Positions 43,927 to 58,423 of a DNA stretch of 64,000 bases are shown piece by piece. Location of the stretch: positions 2,976,001 through 3,040,000 of the forward strand of contig OZ253470.1 of assembly GCA_965261735.1 (NCBI GenBank), given 5' to 3'. The translations under genes and the position numbers were made by a program. The first letter of the stretch is position 1; each line of letters opens with the position of its first letter. Under the pieces are notes generated by a model. That model was given only the letters and a program-made list of their open reading frames with translations, was not told the DNA's origin and did no database searches. The stretch comes from Alphaproteobacteria bacterium (lineage in GTDB: Bacteria > Pseudomonadota > Alphaproteobacteria > SHVV01).

Positions 43927-44745
43927 ATGGTTTATCTCGACGCGGGAGAGGCGCCGCCTCGCAACACAGGCGCGGTGAAGATCCACCGGCCGGCGGATTT
44001 CGACGGCATGCGCCAGGCGGGTGCGCTCGCCGCCGAGGTGCTGGATTTCATCGTTCCGCACGTCGAGCCCGGCGTCACCACGGGAACGCTCGACGCGCTG
44101 TGCCACGACTTCATCGTCGAGCGCGGCGCGGTGCCGGCGCCGCTGAACTACCGCGGATTCCCCAAGTCGATCTGCACCTCCGTCAATCACGTCGTGTGCC
44201 ACGGCATACCCGGCGACAAGGTGTTGGGCAGCGGCGATATCCTCAACATCGACGTAACCGTGATCGTCGACGGCTGGCACGGCGATACCAACCGCATGTT
44301 CTTCCTCGGCCCGGTCGGGCTGAAGGCGCAGCGCCTGTGCGACGTGACCTACGGTGCGATGATGGAAGGTATCAGCGCGGTGCGGCCGGGGCGCACCCTG
44401 GGCGACGTCGGGTACGCGATCCAGAGCTATGCCGAGGGCCACCGGTGCTCGGTGGTGCGCGACTTCTGCGGCCACGGCCTCGGGCGCATCTTCCACGACG
44501 CGCCCAACGTGCTCCACTACGGTGAAGCGGGCAGCGGCCTCGAACTGCGAGAGGGGATGTTCTTCACCATCGAGCCGATGATCAACCTCGGTGGCTGGCA
44601 GGTCAAGATCCTGAGCGACGGCTGGACCGCGGTCACTAAGGACCGCTCGCTGTCAGCCCAGTTCGAGCACAGCATCGGCGTCACCGCGCAGGGCTGTGAG
44701 GTGTTCACGACCTCGCCGGGTGGGCTCGACCGGCCGCCCTACTGA
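43927..44745 (+). CDS. map: Methionine aminopeptidase type I
   Basis: CTSVNHVVCHGIP, GWHGDT, GHGLG..FH, FTIEPMIN, SAQFEH. Confidence 0.95.
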   Translation: MVYLDAGEAPPRNTGAVKIHRPADFDGMRQAGALAAEVLDFIVPHVEPGVTTGTLDALCHDFIVERGAVPAPLNYRGFPKSICTSVNHVVCHGIPGDKVLGSGDILNIDVTVIVDGWHGDTNRMFFLGPVGLKAQRLCDVTYGAMMEGISAVRPGRTLGDVGYAIQSYAEGHRCSVVRDFCGHGLGRIFHDAPNVLHYGEAGSGLELREGMFFTIEPMINLGGWQVKILSDGWTAVTKDRSLSAQFEHSIGVTAQGCEVFTTSPGGLDRPPY

Positions 44746-44752
44746 GGGCGCC

Positions 44753-45433
44753 ATGAACGATCGTCCGCACTTCCACGGCCATCGACAGCGCCTGCGCGAG
44801 CGCTTCATGCGGGCCGGCGGCGAGTCGCTGCACGACTACGAAATGCTCGAGCTGTTGCTCTTCCAGGCCAGTGCCCGCGGCGACATGAAACCGCTCGCCA
44901 AGGCGCTGCTCAAACGGTTCGGCAGCTTTGCCGCCACCATCAGCGCCGCGCCCGAGCGCCTGCGCGAGGTTGACGGCGTCGGCGAGGCTACCGTCGCGGC
45001 GCTCAAGGTGGTCCAGGCGGCGGCCCTGCGCCTGAGCCGCGATCAGATCCTCGACAGACCGGTGCTGAGCTCGTCGCAGGCACTGCTCGACTACTGCAAC
45101 GCCAGCATGGGGTTTGGCACTACCGAGCAGTTCCGACTGTTGTTCCTCGATCGCAAGAACGTCCTCATCGCGGACGAGGTCCAGCAAACCGGCACCGTCG
45201 ACCACACCCCCGTCTACCCACGCGAGGTCATCAAGCGCGCGATGAACCTTGGCGCCTCCGCGGTGATCATGGTCCACAACCACCCGAGCGGCGACCCCAC
45301 GCCGTCCGGCTCCGATATCGAGATGACCAAGGAGGTGGCGGAGGCCGGCCGGCGCCTCGGCGTCACGCTGCACGATCACGTTATTGTCGGCCGCGGCACG
45401 CACGTGAGCTTCAAGTCGCTCGGCCTGCTGTGA
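44753..45433 (+). CDS. radC: RadC/JAB-domain protein
   Basis: GHRQRLR, VYPREV, HNHPSGDPTPS..D, LHDHVIVG. Confidence 0.92.
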   Translation: MNDRPHFHGHRQRLRERFMRAGGESLHDYEMLELLLFQASARGDMKPLAKALLKRFGSFAATISAAPERLREVDGVGEATVAALKVVQAAALRLSRDQILDRPVLSSSQALLDYCNASMGFGTTEQFRLLFLDRKNVLIADEVQQTGTVDHTPVYPREVIKRAMNLGASAVIMVHNHPSGDPTPSGSDIEMTKEVAEAGRRLGVTLHDHVIVGRGTHVSFKSLGLL

Positions 45434-45876
45434 CGCCGGCGTCGGCTGACGATCGGCGCTACCCAGAGCGCCCGTTCGCCGGGGTCGGCGCCGTGGTGTG
45501 GCGCGGCGACCAGGTCCTTCTCGTGCAGCGCGCGCGGCCGCCACGCCAGCACCGATGGAGCATCCCCGGTGGCGCCCAGCACGCTGGTGAGACCGTGTTC
45601 GATGCCGCCCGGCGCGAGGTGCACGAGGAAACCGGGATCGAGGTCGAAATCATCGATGTCGTGGCGGTCGTTGATTCAATCGACCGCGATGAGCAGGGCC
45701 GGGTGCGGTACCACTACACGCTCATCGACGTCCTCGCCGAATGGCGGGACGGCGAGGCGGTGGCACAGGACGACGCCGCAGCCGTCGCCTGGGCCGAGCT
45801 CGCCGAGCTGCAACGCTATGACCTGTGGTCGGAAACCGAGCGGGTGATCCGCCTCGCGGCGGCGCGGCGGCGCTGA
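45430..45876 (+). CDS. Nudix hydrolase
   Basis: PGG...GET..DAARREVHEETG Nudix box. Confidence 0.9.
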   Translation: MTPASADDRRYPERPFAGVGAVVWRGDQVLLVQRARPPRQHRWSIPGGAQHAGETVFDAARREVHEETGIEVEIIDVVAVVDSIDRDEQGRVRYHYTLIDVLAEWRDGEAVAQDDAAAVAWAELAELQRYDLWSETERVIRLAAARRR

Positions 45877-46565
45877 GCCGGCGCCCGCGGCAACCCCGGC
45901 GCTGGCCCCGGACCCCGGCGGCCGCGCGCGAGCTGCAACGCACGCTCGCCTCCGAGGTCATCGCGACCGACCGGTTTGGTCCCGTGCGTCACGTCGCCGG
46001 CGTCGACATCGCTTTCCGCGACGGCGGCAAGCGCACCTGCGCGGCGGTTGCGGTGCTGTCGTTTCCTGGCCTCGAACTCGCTGAGTGGCGCCTCGCCTAC
46101 CGCCCGACGTCGTTTCCCTATGTGCCGGGCCTGCTGTCGTTTCGCGAGACCCCGGCCGCGCTGGCGGCGCTTGACAAGCTCAGGATCGCGCCCGATCTGC
46201 TCCTCATCGACGGTCACGGTTTCGCCCACCCGCGCCGCTTCGGCATTGCCTGCCACCTCGGGCTCCTCGCGGGCGTGCCCAGCATCGGCGTCGCGAAATC
46301 GCGACTCATCGGCAGCCACAGCGAGCCGGACACGGCGCGCGGGGCCCGCACCGAGCTGAGCGATCATGGCGAACTCATCGGCACGGTGGTGCGCACGCGT
46401 GCCAGCACCCGCCCGGTCTTCGTTTCGGTCGGCCATCGCGTCGGCCTCGAAAGCGCGGTGCGGCTCGTCCTCGCCTGCACGACCCGCTACCGCCTGCCGG
46501 AGCCGACACGGGTGGCCGATCACCTCTCCAAGGGCCGCATCCCGCAAGCGCGGACGTCGCGTTGA
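45873..46565 (+). CDS. nfi: Endonuclease V (start uncertain)
   Basis: VAGVD, FPYVPGLLSFRE, DGHGFAHPRRFGIA.H, GVAKS, PEPTR.AD. Confidence 0.9.
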   Translation: MSRRPRQPRRWPRTPAAARELQRTLASEVIATDRFGPVRHVAGVDIAFRDGGKRTCAAVAVLSFPGLELAEWRLAYRPTSFPYVPGLLSFRETPAALAALDKLRIAPDLLLIDGHGFAHPRRFGIACHLGLLAGVPSIGVAKSRLIGSHSEPDTARGARTELSDHGELIGTVVRTRASTRPVFVSVGHRVGLESAVRLVLACTTRYRLPEPTRVADHLSKGRIPQARTSR

Positions 46566-46648
46566 GGGCCGGCGGGGCACTCCCGTTCATTGTCCGCGTC
46601 TTAAGGAAGGACGGCAGCCTCATCTTAACGCATCCCAAGGAGCCAGCC

Positions 46649-47061
46649 ATGACCCGCCAACAGATTGCGCTCGTTCGCGAGACCTTCGCCAAGGTGCTTC
46701 CCATCCAAGAGGCGGCGGCGGAGATGTTTTACGCCCGCCTATTCGAACTCGATCCCAACGTCAAGCTGCTCTTCAAGAGCGACCTGAAAGAACGGGGCCG
46801 CAAGCTGATGGCGATGATCGCCACCGCCGTCGCCGGCCTCGACCGGCTCGACGAGATCGTGCCGGCCGTGCAGGCCTTGGGCGCCCGCCACGTCGGCTAC
46901 GTGTCACCGACCGCGACTACGACACGGTGGCGGCGGCCCCGCTGTGGACGCTCGAGAGAGGCCTGGGCGAGGCTTTCACGCCCGAGGTCAAGGCCGCGTG
47001 GACGGCCTGCTACGGCCTGGTGGCGGCAACGATGAAGGGCGCGCAGGCGCAGGCCGCCTAG
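46649..47061 (+). pseudogene. Single-domain globin (flavohemoglobin-type globin fold) with a 1-nt frameshift near 46901
   Basis: FYARLFELDP...LF...LGARHVGY then VTDRDY..V...LWTLE.GLG..FTPEVKAAW..CY in the shifted frame. Confidence 0.85.
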
Positions 47062-47189
47062 GGCCGCACCGCGGTCACAAAGGGGGGGTGCCGCGGGCGC
47101 GCGGGGGGCCCGTCGCCCAACCGCCGCTGAGCGGTTCTCGCTGCGCGCCCGTCTGGTATAAGAGGGGGCATCGCGCACGGGGGAGCCGC

Positions 47190-48485
<1,296 letters not shown>

Positions 48486-48506
48486 GGCGGCCGAGGCGCG
48501 ACCCGC

Positions 48507-48849
48507 CTAGGACGGTTTGCCGGCGCCCGCCTCGCCGTCGATCTGCTCGCGCGCGACCTCGGCGAGCCGGGCCATCTCGCGGCGCAGCTGGCGCTCGGAG
48601 AGGGCAACGCCCTTAGCCGCAAGATCGCCGGCCACCTTTCGGTAGACGTCCTCTTCGCCGGGCTCATCGAAGTCGATTTCGATGACCTCGCGCGCGTAAG
48701 CCTGCGCTGTCTCGCCACTCATTCCCATCTTCTCCGCCACCCACAGTCCGAGCAGCTTGTTGCGCCGCGCGGTGATCTTGAAAGTCGCCTCCTGGTCGCG
48801 GGCGTACCTCGCCTCTTCGCCTTTTTCGCGGTCCTCGAACGGTGGGCAT
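48507..48849 (-). pseudogene. DUF1476 / ATP synthase inhibitor zeta-like gene with one extra base after the start
   Basis: FEDREKGEEARYARDQE.TFKI.ARRNKLLGLW.AE frame lies one base off ATG 48849; typical position next to purC. Confidence 0.8.
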
Positions 48850-49080
48850 GGGTTTAGCGCTCCCGGCCTTTGATGGCAGTTGTCGGCCTCAGGGATAGCC
48901 CCTCAGGCGCGCCAAATCAACATTACATATGGCGTCGCGGAGGCCGATCTAGCACCGCATGTTGCGCCCGGTCGCCCGCTGCCGATTGTGTTGCCAAAGG
49001 AATTCGTCTAAGGTGTCCGTACCCCGCAAGGCGGCCGCGTCGACCGCCCCTATCGACGCTCCATTTGTAGAAAAACCGCC

Positions 49081-49845
49081 ATGCCGCGTCGCAGACAAGT
49101 CTACGAAGGCAAGGGCAAGGTGCTATTCGAGGGCCCCGAGCCCGGCACGTTGGTCCAGCACTTCAAGGACGACGCGACCGCGTTCAACAACCAAAAGCGC
49201 GGTACCATCACGGGTAAGGGCGTCCTCAACAATCGCATCTCCGAACATCTGATGATGCGGCTCAACGAAATCGGCGTGCCGACCCATTTCGTCCGCCGCC
49301 TCAATATGCGCGAGCAGTTGGTGCGCGAGGTCGAGATCATTCCCGTCGAGATCGTGATCCGCAACGTCGCCGCCGGTTCGCTGTCGGCCCGCCTGGGCAT
49401 CGCCGAGGGCACGGCGCTGCCGCGCTCGATTATCGAGTACTATTACAAGTCGGACGATCTCGGCGATCCCATGATCGGAGAGGAGCACATCACCGCCTTC
49501 AATTGGGCGAGCCCGCAGGAACTCGACGAGATCGTCCAACTGTCGCTCAGGATCAACGACTTCCTGTCCGGCCTGTTCTACGGCATCGGCATCCGCCTCG
49601 TCGACTTCAAGCTCGAATTCGGCCGCCTTTACGAGGACGACCAAGTGCGTATCGCGCTCGCCGACGAGATCAGCCCCGATAGCTGCCGCTTGTGGGACCT
49701 CCAAACCAACGAGAAGCTCGATAAGGACCGCTTTCGCCGCGACATGGATCGCATTCCCGAAGCCTACCAGGAGGTCGCGCGCCGCCTCGGCATCATGCCC
49801 GAAGGTGGTCCCGGCGACGTCAGGGGGCCTAAGCTGGTGCAGTGA
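49081..49845 (+). CDS. purC: SAICAR synthetase
   Basis: [36 protein letters not shown]. Confidence 0.96.
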   Translation: MPRRRQVYEGKGKVLFEGPEPGTLVQHFKDDATAFNNQKRGTITGKGVLNNRISEHLMMRLNEIGVPTHFVRRLNMREQLVREVEIIPVEIVIRNVAAGSLSARLGIAEGTALPRSIIEYYYKSDDLGDPMIGEEHITAFNWASPQELDEIVQLSLRINDFLSGLFYGIGIRLVDFKLEFGRLYEDDQVRIALADEISPDSCRLWDLQTNEKLDKDRFRRDMDRIPEAYQEVARRLGIMPEGGPGDVRGPKLVQ

Positions 49846-49873
49846 CCGGCCCGGAGGGAGCCCCGCGCCCACA

Positions 49874-50116
49874 GTGCTCAAGGCCCGCGTCCACATCACC
49901 CTGAAACCCGGTGTTCTCGACCCCCAGGGCAACGCCATAGGCAATGCCCTAAAATCGCTCGGATTCGAGGGCGTGGGTGAAGTACGCCAGGGCAAAGTGA
50001 TCGAGATCGAGATCGCCGACGGCGATCGCGAGGCGGCGCATCGCACGGTTGACGCGATGTGTACCCGGCTGCTCGCCAACACGGTGATCGAGACCTACGC
50101 CATCGAGTTCGAGTGA
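49874..50116 (+). CDS. purS: FGAM synthase subunit PurS
   Basis: LKPGVLDPQG, VRQGK, LLANTVIE. Confidence 0.94.
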   Translation: MLKARVHITLKPGVLDPQGNAIGNALKSLGFEGVGEVRQGKVIEIEIADGDREAAHRTVDAMCTRLLANTVIETYAIEFE

Positions 50117-50159
50117 GGATGGGCACGGTTAGCGCTGACCCTGTCGGACTGACCCCGCC

Positions 50160-53044
<2,885 letters not shown>

Positions 53045-53062
53045 GAGGCAGGGGCCGCACGC

Positions 53063-53305
53063 ATGCCCATGGATTCAGGCCAGATCGAGCAGCTGATCAA
53101 GGCGGCCATTCCGGACGCCGAGGTCAAGATCGAAGATCTGCGCGGCGACGGCGATCACTATTCGGCTCTGGTGGTTTCACCCGCTTTCGCCGGAAAAACG
53201 CGGGTGCAGCAGCACCAAATGGTGTATCAAGCACTTGGCAACAGGATGGGTGAGGCGCTCCACGCGCTTGCCCTACAGACCGCTGTTCCTGGCCAGTCGG
53301 CATAG
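53063..53305 (+). CDS. BolA-family protein
   Basis: [25 protein letters not shown]. Confidence 0.92.
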   Translation: MPMDSGQIEQLIKAAIPDAEVKIEDLRGDGDHYSALVVSPAFAGKTRVQQHQMVYQALGNRMGEALHALALQTAVPGQSA

Positions 53306-53323
53306 GAAAGCGAGGGAAACTCC

Positions 53324-53668
53324 ATGACCGAGCATCCGGCAGTCGAGCGCATTCAGCAGGACCTGGCGGAAAGCACCGTCGTCCTCTTCATGAAGGGCAA
53401 CCCGGTGTTCCCGCAGTGCGGGTTCTCGGCGACCGTGGTCGAAATCCTGTCGCGGCTCGGGGTGAAGTTCAAGGGCATCGACGTCCTGATGGACCCGAGC
53501 CTACGCGAAGGCATCAAGGCGTACAGCCAGTGGCCGACTATCCCGCAGCTCTACGTCAAGGGCGAGTTCGTGGGCGGCTGCGACATCATCCGCGAGATGT
53601 ACCAGACCGGCGAGCTCCAGTCCTACCTCACCGAGAAGGGCGTCGAAGCCACAGCCCCCGCCGCCTGA
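53324..53668 (+). CDS. grxD: Monothiol glutaredoxin
   Basis: PQCGFS, WPTIPQLY, GGCDI. Confidence 0.95.
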   Translation: MTEHPAVERIQQDLAESTVVLFMKGNPVFPQCGFSATVVEILSRLGVKFKGIDVLMDPSLREGIKAYSQWPTIPQLYVKGEFVGGCDIIREMYQTGELQSYLTEKGVEATAPAA

Positions 53669-53770
53669 CCGGCGGTCGCTACGTATCGCAGAGCTGCGCG
53701 CTCTGCGGCCAGCAACCAAATATAAATATGCATCTATAGCGGGAGCGCGGCCCGGGCGGGCCAATGCGGT

Positions 53771-54385
53771 TTAGCGCGAGTAGTACTCGATGACGAGGTG
53801 CGGCTCCATCTGCACCGGGTAGGGTACATCGGCGAACTCCGGCGTCCGCACGAAGGTGCCGCGCACGCGCTTGTGATCGACCTCGAGGTAGTCGGGTACG
53901 TCGCGCTCGGCCAGGTCCAGGGCCTCGAGGACCACGGCCAGTGACTTGGATTTCTCCTTGACCTCGACGACGTCGCCTTCCTTGACCCGATAGCTCGGGA
54001 TATTGACGCGTCGGCCGTTGACGAACACGTGCCCGTGGTTCACGAACTGGCGCGAGGCGAACACGGTAGGCACGAACTTCATGCGATAGACCACCGCATC
54101 GAGCCGTCGCTCCAGGAGCGCGATCAGGTTCTGACTGTTGTCGCCGCGCCGGCGCACGGCCTCGGCGTAGATGTTGCGGAACTGCTTTTCGGTGATGTTG
54201 CCGTAGTAGCCCTTGAGCTTCTGCTTGGCCGCCAGCTGAATGCCGAAGTCGCTCGGCTTGCGGCGGCGCTCGCCGTGCTGGCCGGGGCGGTAGTCGCGCC
54301 GGTTCACCGGGCTCTTGGGTCGGCCCCACAGGTTTTCGCCGAGCCGACGGTTGAGCTTGTATTTGGATTCGAGGCGCTTCGTCAT
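53771..54385 (-). CDS. rpsD: 30S ribosomal protein S4
   Basis: [37 protein letters not shown]. Confidence 0.96.
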   Translation of the reverse strand: MTKRLESKYKLNRRLGENLWGRPKSPVNRRDYRPGQHGERRRKPSDFGIQLAAKQKLKGYYGNITEKQFRNIYAEAVRRRGDNSQNLIALLERRLDAVVYRMKFVPTVFASRQFVNHGHVFVNGRRVNIPSYRVKEGDVVEVKEKSKSLAVVLEALDLAERDVPDYLEVDHKRVRGTFVRTPEFADVPYPVQMEPHLVIEYYSR

Positions 54386-54472
54386 GCAGTCATTATCCGT
54401 TCGTGGACGTGGCAGCGGGATATACGCTGGCGCCGCCGTTGTCAAATGCCATCGCCCGCGCGCACTGGGTGC

Positions 54473-55246
54473 TCAGGGCGGCTCGGCCGGTTCGCGCCGG
54501 CGCACGAGCGCGGCGACGATGCCGTGCAGGCTCCTGACCTCCTGTTCTGTAAGCCCCGCGCGCTGGAACATGTTGCGAATGTTGCGCACCATGCTGGGGC
54601 GCTTTTCCACGGGCAACAGGAAGCCGTGCGCGTCGAGTTCGCGCTCGAGATGCTGGAAATAGCCGAGCAGCTCCTCCTTGGTAGCCGGACGCGAGCGCCG
54701 CGTGCCGACGCCGCCCGCGTCACCCTCGGCGCCGGCCTGGAACCACTCGTAGCCGATCAGCAGCACCGCCTGCGCCAGGTTGAGCGAGGCGTGGGCCGGG
54801 TTCGTCGGAACCGAAAGCACGCAATCGGCGAGGGTTAGATCGTCGTTGTGCAGGCCTGTGCGCTCGGGCCCGAAAAGGACGCCGGCGCCCTCGCCGGCAG
54901 TCGCCGCGCGGCGCAACTCGGCGGCCGCCTGGCCGGGCGTCGTCACGCGCTTCGCCATGTCGCGCCGGCGCGCCGTCGCCGCGTAAACGTGACGCAGGTC
55001 CGCGACCGCCGCCTCGGTGGAGGCATAAAGCCGGGCGCGCGCGAGCACCTCGTCCGCTCCCGATGCGGCGGCCACCGCCTTTGGGCTCGGCCAGCCATCG
55101 CGCGGACGTACGAGGCGCAGGTCGGTAAGTCCAAAATTGAACATCGCGCGGGCTGCGGTGCCGATATTCTCGCCGAGCTGGGGATCGACGAGGACGATCG
55201 CCGGCCCGCCCCCGACACTCGGCCGCGTCCTGTCCGTGCCCGCCAT
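54473..55246 (-). CDS. trmJ: TrmJ/LasT SPOUT RNA methyltransferase
   Basis: GENIGTAARAM.NFG, FGPERTGL, SLNLAQAV. Confidence 0.88.
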   Translation of the reverse strand: MAGTDRTRPSVGGGPAIVLVDPQLGENIGTAARAMFNFGLTDLRLVRPRDGWPSPKAVAAASGADEVLARARLYASTEAAVADLRHVYAATARRRDMAKRVTTPGQAAAELRRAATAGEGAGVLFGPERTGLHNDDLTLADCVLSVPTNPAHASLNLAQAVLLIGYEWFQAGAEGDAGGVGTRRSRPATKEELLGYFQHLERELDAHGFLLPVEKRPSMVRNIRNMFQRAGLTEQEVRSLHGIVAALVRRREPAEPP

Positions 55247-55247
55247 C

Positions 55248-56615
55248 CTAGCCGGCGCGCCTCCAGGTCGTGCCCTGCGGCCCGTCCTTGAGCACGACGC
55301 CTTGGGCCGCGAGTTCGGCGCGGATAGAATCGGCGGTCACGAAGTCCTTGGCCTCGCGCGCCGCGGTGCGACGCCCGATGAGGTCGGCGACCGCCGATTC
55401 ATCGAGCTCGTCACCCGCCCGCCGCCAGGAAAACCATTCGCGCGCCTCCTGCTCCAGGAGACCGAGCAGGTTGCCCCCGGCCCTGAGGCTGCGCCTGAGG
55501 TCCACTTGCCGCTCACCGCTCTCGGGACCGCGAATCTCGGCGTGGAGGCTATGGAGCTCGGCGATCGCCTGGGGTGTGTTGAGATCGTCTTCCAGCGCCG
55601 CGATGAACGGTTCCGGCAAGTCCTCGGCGGCTTGCACTTCGTCGACCGCTCGATACCAACGATCGAGCGTACGCTTGGCCTGGCGCAGGCCCTCACGCGT
55701 GAAGTCGAGCGGATGCCTGTAGTGGGTACCGAGCAGGGCCAGCCGGATCGCCTCGCCAGGGACTTCGCACAGGAGCTCGCGCACGGTGACGATGTTGCCC
55801 ACCGATTTCGACATCTTCTCGCCCTCGACCGTGACGTAGCCGTTGTGCAGCCAATAGCCGACGAAGGGAGTGCCGCCATGGGCGCAGGTGCTTTGCGCGA
55901 TCTCGTTCTCGTGGTGGGGGAAGATGAGGTCCTGGCCGCCGCCGTGGATGTCGAAGGTGACGCCGAGATGGGCCTCGCTCATCGCCGAGCACTCGATGTG
56001 CCAGCCCGGCCGGCCGCGGCCCCAGGGGCTATCCCAGCCGGGCAGCCCGGGCGGCGAGGGCTTCCACAGCACGAAGTCGGCCGGGTCGCGCTTATACGGC
56101 GCGACCTCGACCCGCGCCCCGGCGATCAGCTCCTCGCGGTTGTGCCCGGACAGCGCGCCGTAGCCCGGCATCGAGGGCACGTGAAACAGAACGTGCCCCT
56201 CGGCCGCGTAGGCGTGCCCGGCCGCGACCAGCTTTTCGATCATCGCGATCATCTCGGCGATATGGCCGGTCGCCCGCGGCTCGACGTCAGGCGCGAGTGC
56301 GTTGAGCGCCGCCATGTCCTCGTGGAAGGCGGCGGTCGTGCGCGCCGTGATCGCCTCGATCGGCTCGCCGCTGTCGCTCGCGGCGGCGTTGATCTTGTCG
56401 TCGACGTCGGTGATGTTGCGCACATACGTGACCGTGCCGAACGCGCGCCGCAGCAACCGGCAGAGCACGTCGAAGACGACCACCGGACGCGCGTTGCCGA
56501 CGTGGGCGTAGTCGTACACGGTGGGCCCGCACACATACATGCCGACGCGGACCGGATCGAGCGGCGTGAACACGCGCTTCGCGCGCCGCGCCGTGTCGTA
56601 GAGCGTTAAGGCCAC
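55248..56615 (-). CDS. cysS: Cysteine--tRNA ligase
   Basis: CGPTVY..AHVGN, PGWHIECSAM, FPHHENE, KMSKS. Confidence 0.96.
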   Translation of the reverse strand: MALTLYDTARRAKRVFTPLDPVRVGMYVCGPTVYDYAHVGNARPVVVFDVLCRLLRRAFGTVTYVRNITDVDDKINAAASDSGEPIEAITARTTAAFHEDMAALNALAPDVEPRATGHIAEMIAMIEKLVAAGHAYAAEGHVLFHVPSMPGYGALSGHNREELIAGARVEVAPYKRDPADFVLWKPSPPGLPGWDSPWGRGRPGWHIECSAMSEAHLGVTFDIHGGGQDLIFPHHENEIAQSTCAHGGTPFVGYWLHNGYVTVEGEKMSKSVGNIVTVRELLCEVPGEAIRLALLGTHYRHPLDFTREGLRQAKRTLDRWYRAVDEVQAAEDLPEPFIAALEDDLNTPQAIAELHSLHAEIRGPESGERQVDLRRSLRAGGNLLGLLEQEAREWFSWRRAGDELDESAVADLIGRRTAAREAKDFVTADSIRAELAAQGVVLKDGPQGTTWRRAG

Positions 56616-56620
56616 GGCGC

Positions 56621-58291
56621 TTACGCCTCCCCGCGGAAGCCGTTGGTGATGGGGTAGCGGCGGTCGCGACCGAAGGACTTGCGCGTGATCTTGACGCCCG
56701 GCGGCGCCTGGCGGCGCTTGTACTCGGCCCGGGACAGCAGCCCGGCCACGCGAGCCACCACCTCGGCCGCGTGGCCGCGCTTGACGATATCGGCCGCCGC
56801 CATCTCGCCCTCGACCAAGCACTCGAGGATATCATCGAGGGCCTCGTACGGCGGCAGCGTGTCCTGGTCGGTCTGGTCGGGCTTGAGCTCGGCGCTCGGC
56901 GCCTTGGTCAGGATGGACTCGGGCACGACCCGCTGCGCCGGGCCGAGCGCGCCCTCCGGCGCGTGCTCGTTGCGCCAGCGCGCGAGCGCATAGACGGTCG
57001 TCTTGTAGACGTCCTTGAGCACCGAATAGCCGCCCGACATGTCGCCATAGAGCGTCGCGTAGCCGACCGACATCTCCGACTTGTTCCCGGTGGTGAGCAA
57101 GAGCGTGCCGAACTTGTTGGACAGCGCCATCAGCGTGACGGCACGCAGCCGCGCCTGAAGGTTCTCCTCCGTGGTGTCCGGTTCGCGCCCGGCGAAGAGG
57201 TCGGCCAGCATGTGCCCGAACGTCTGCATCGCCGCGCCGATGGAGACGGCGTCGAGCCGCGCGCCGAGCCCCTCGGCTACGGCGGCCGCATCCTCCAGGC
57301 TCGCCGTGGAGGTATAGGGCGAGGGCAGCATCAGGCAGTGGACGCGCGCAGGCCCAAGGGCGTCGGCGGCAACGACGGCGCTAAGCGCCGAGTCGATTCC
57401 GCCCGACAGGCCGAGGACGACGCCGGCGAAGCCGTTCTTGTTCACGTAGTCGCGCAAGCCGATCGTCATCGCCTGATAGATGGCCTCGATCCGGCCCGGA
57501 AGCGGCGCCGGCGGTGCCGCCTCGCAGTGCCAGCCATTGCCGTCGCGCTTCCAGTGGGTGAGGACCACCTCTTCGCGCCAGGCGGGCGCCTGCACCGCGA
57601 GCGTGCGATCAGGGTTGAGCACGAACGAAGCGCCCTCGAAGACGAGCTCGTCTTGACCGCCGACCTGGTTGACGTAGGCGAGCGGCAGGCCCGACTCGAC
57701 GACGCGGGCCACGGCCAGTCCGAGGCGCGTGTCGACCTTGTCCGCATCGAACGGCGAGCCGTTGCCGACGATCAGAATCTCGGCCCCGGTTTCCTGGAGA
57801 CACTCGGTGACGTCGGGTGTCCACATGTCCTCGCACACCATGACACCGAGCCGGACGCCGCGGAAGTTGACGGGCCCAGGGAGCGGTCCCGGGGTGAAGA
57901 CGCGCTTTTCGTCGAAGACGCCGTAGTTGGGGAGCTCGTGCTTGAAACGGACCGCTTTGACGGCGCCGTCGGCGAGCAGTAGCAGGGCGTTATACAGCGC
58001 ACCCTCGTCGCGCCACGGGCTGCCGAGGAGCAGCGCCGGCCCGCCATCGCCGGTATCCCGGGCGAGCGCCATGACCGCGGCCTCGGTCGCGTCCTGGAAG
58101 GCGGGCTTGAGAACGAGATCCTCGGGCGGATAGCCGGCGATGACGAGTTCGGTGCAGGCCACGAGGTCGGCGCCGGCGCGGGCCGCCTCGCTGCGGGCCG
58201 CGCGCACCCGCCGTACGTTGCCGTCGATGTCGCCGACGGTGGGATTGAGCTGGGCAAGTGCGAGAACAAGCCGGTCGGTCGTCTCAGGCAT
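56621..58291 (-). CDS. nadE: Glutamine-dependent NAD+ synthetase
   Basis: Nitrilase domain (EL, K, CED) plus GLSGGIDS, TGNKSE, PSAEL. Confidence 0.95.
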   Translation of the reverse strand: MPETTDRLVLALAQLNPTVGDIDGNVRRVRAARSEAARAGADLVACTELVIAGYPPEDLVLKPAFQDATEAAVMALARDTGDGGPALLLGSPWRDEGALYNALLLLADGAVKAVRFKHELPNYGVFDEKRVFTPGPLPGPVNFRGVRLGVMVCEDMWTPDVTECLQETGAEILIVGNGSPFDADKVDTRLGLAVARVVESGLPLAYVNQVGGQDELVFEGASFVLNPDRTLAVQAPAWREEVVLTHWKRDGNGWHCEAAPPAPLPGRIEAIYQAMTIGLRDYVNKNGFAGVVLGLSGGIDSALSAVVAADALGPARVHCLMLPSPYTSTASLEDAAAVAEGLGARLDAVSIGAAMQTFGHMLADLFAGREPDTTEENLQARLRAVTLMALSNKFGTLLLTTGNKSEMSVGYATLYGDMSGGYSVLKDVYKTTVYALARWRNEHAPEGALGPAQRVVPESILTKAPSAELKPDQTDQDTLPPYEALDDILECLVEGEMAAADIVKRGHAAEVVARVAGLLSRAEYKRRQAPPGVKITRKSFGRDRRYPITNGFRGEA

Positions 58292-58423
58292 CTCGCGGCG
58301 ATACTTAGCTTGGCCGGAGCAGGCGCACAATAGCGCGGGCGCGACCCGGCACCCGGCGACGATTGAACCGGCACCCGTTTGCCCCTAAACAAAAGGCAGG
58401 CGAGGCCACATCAGGAGAGCTTC

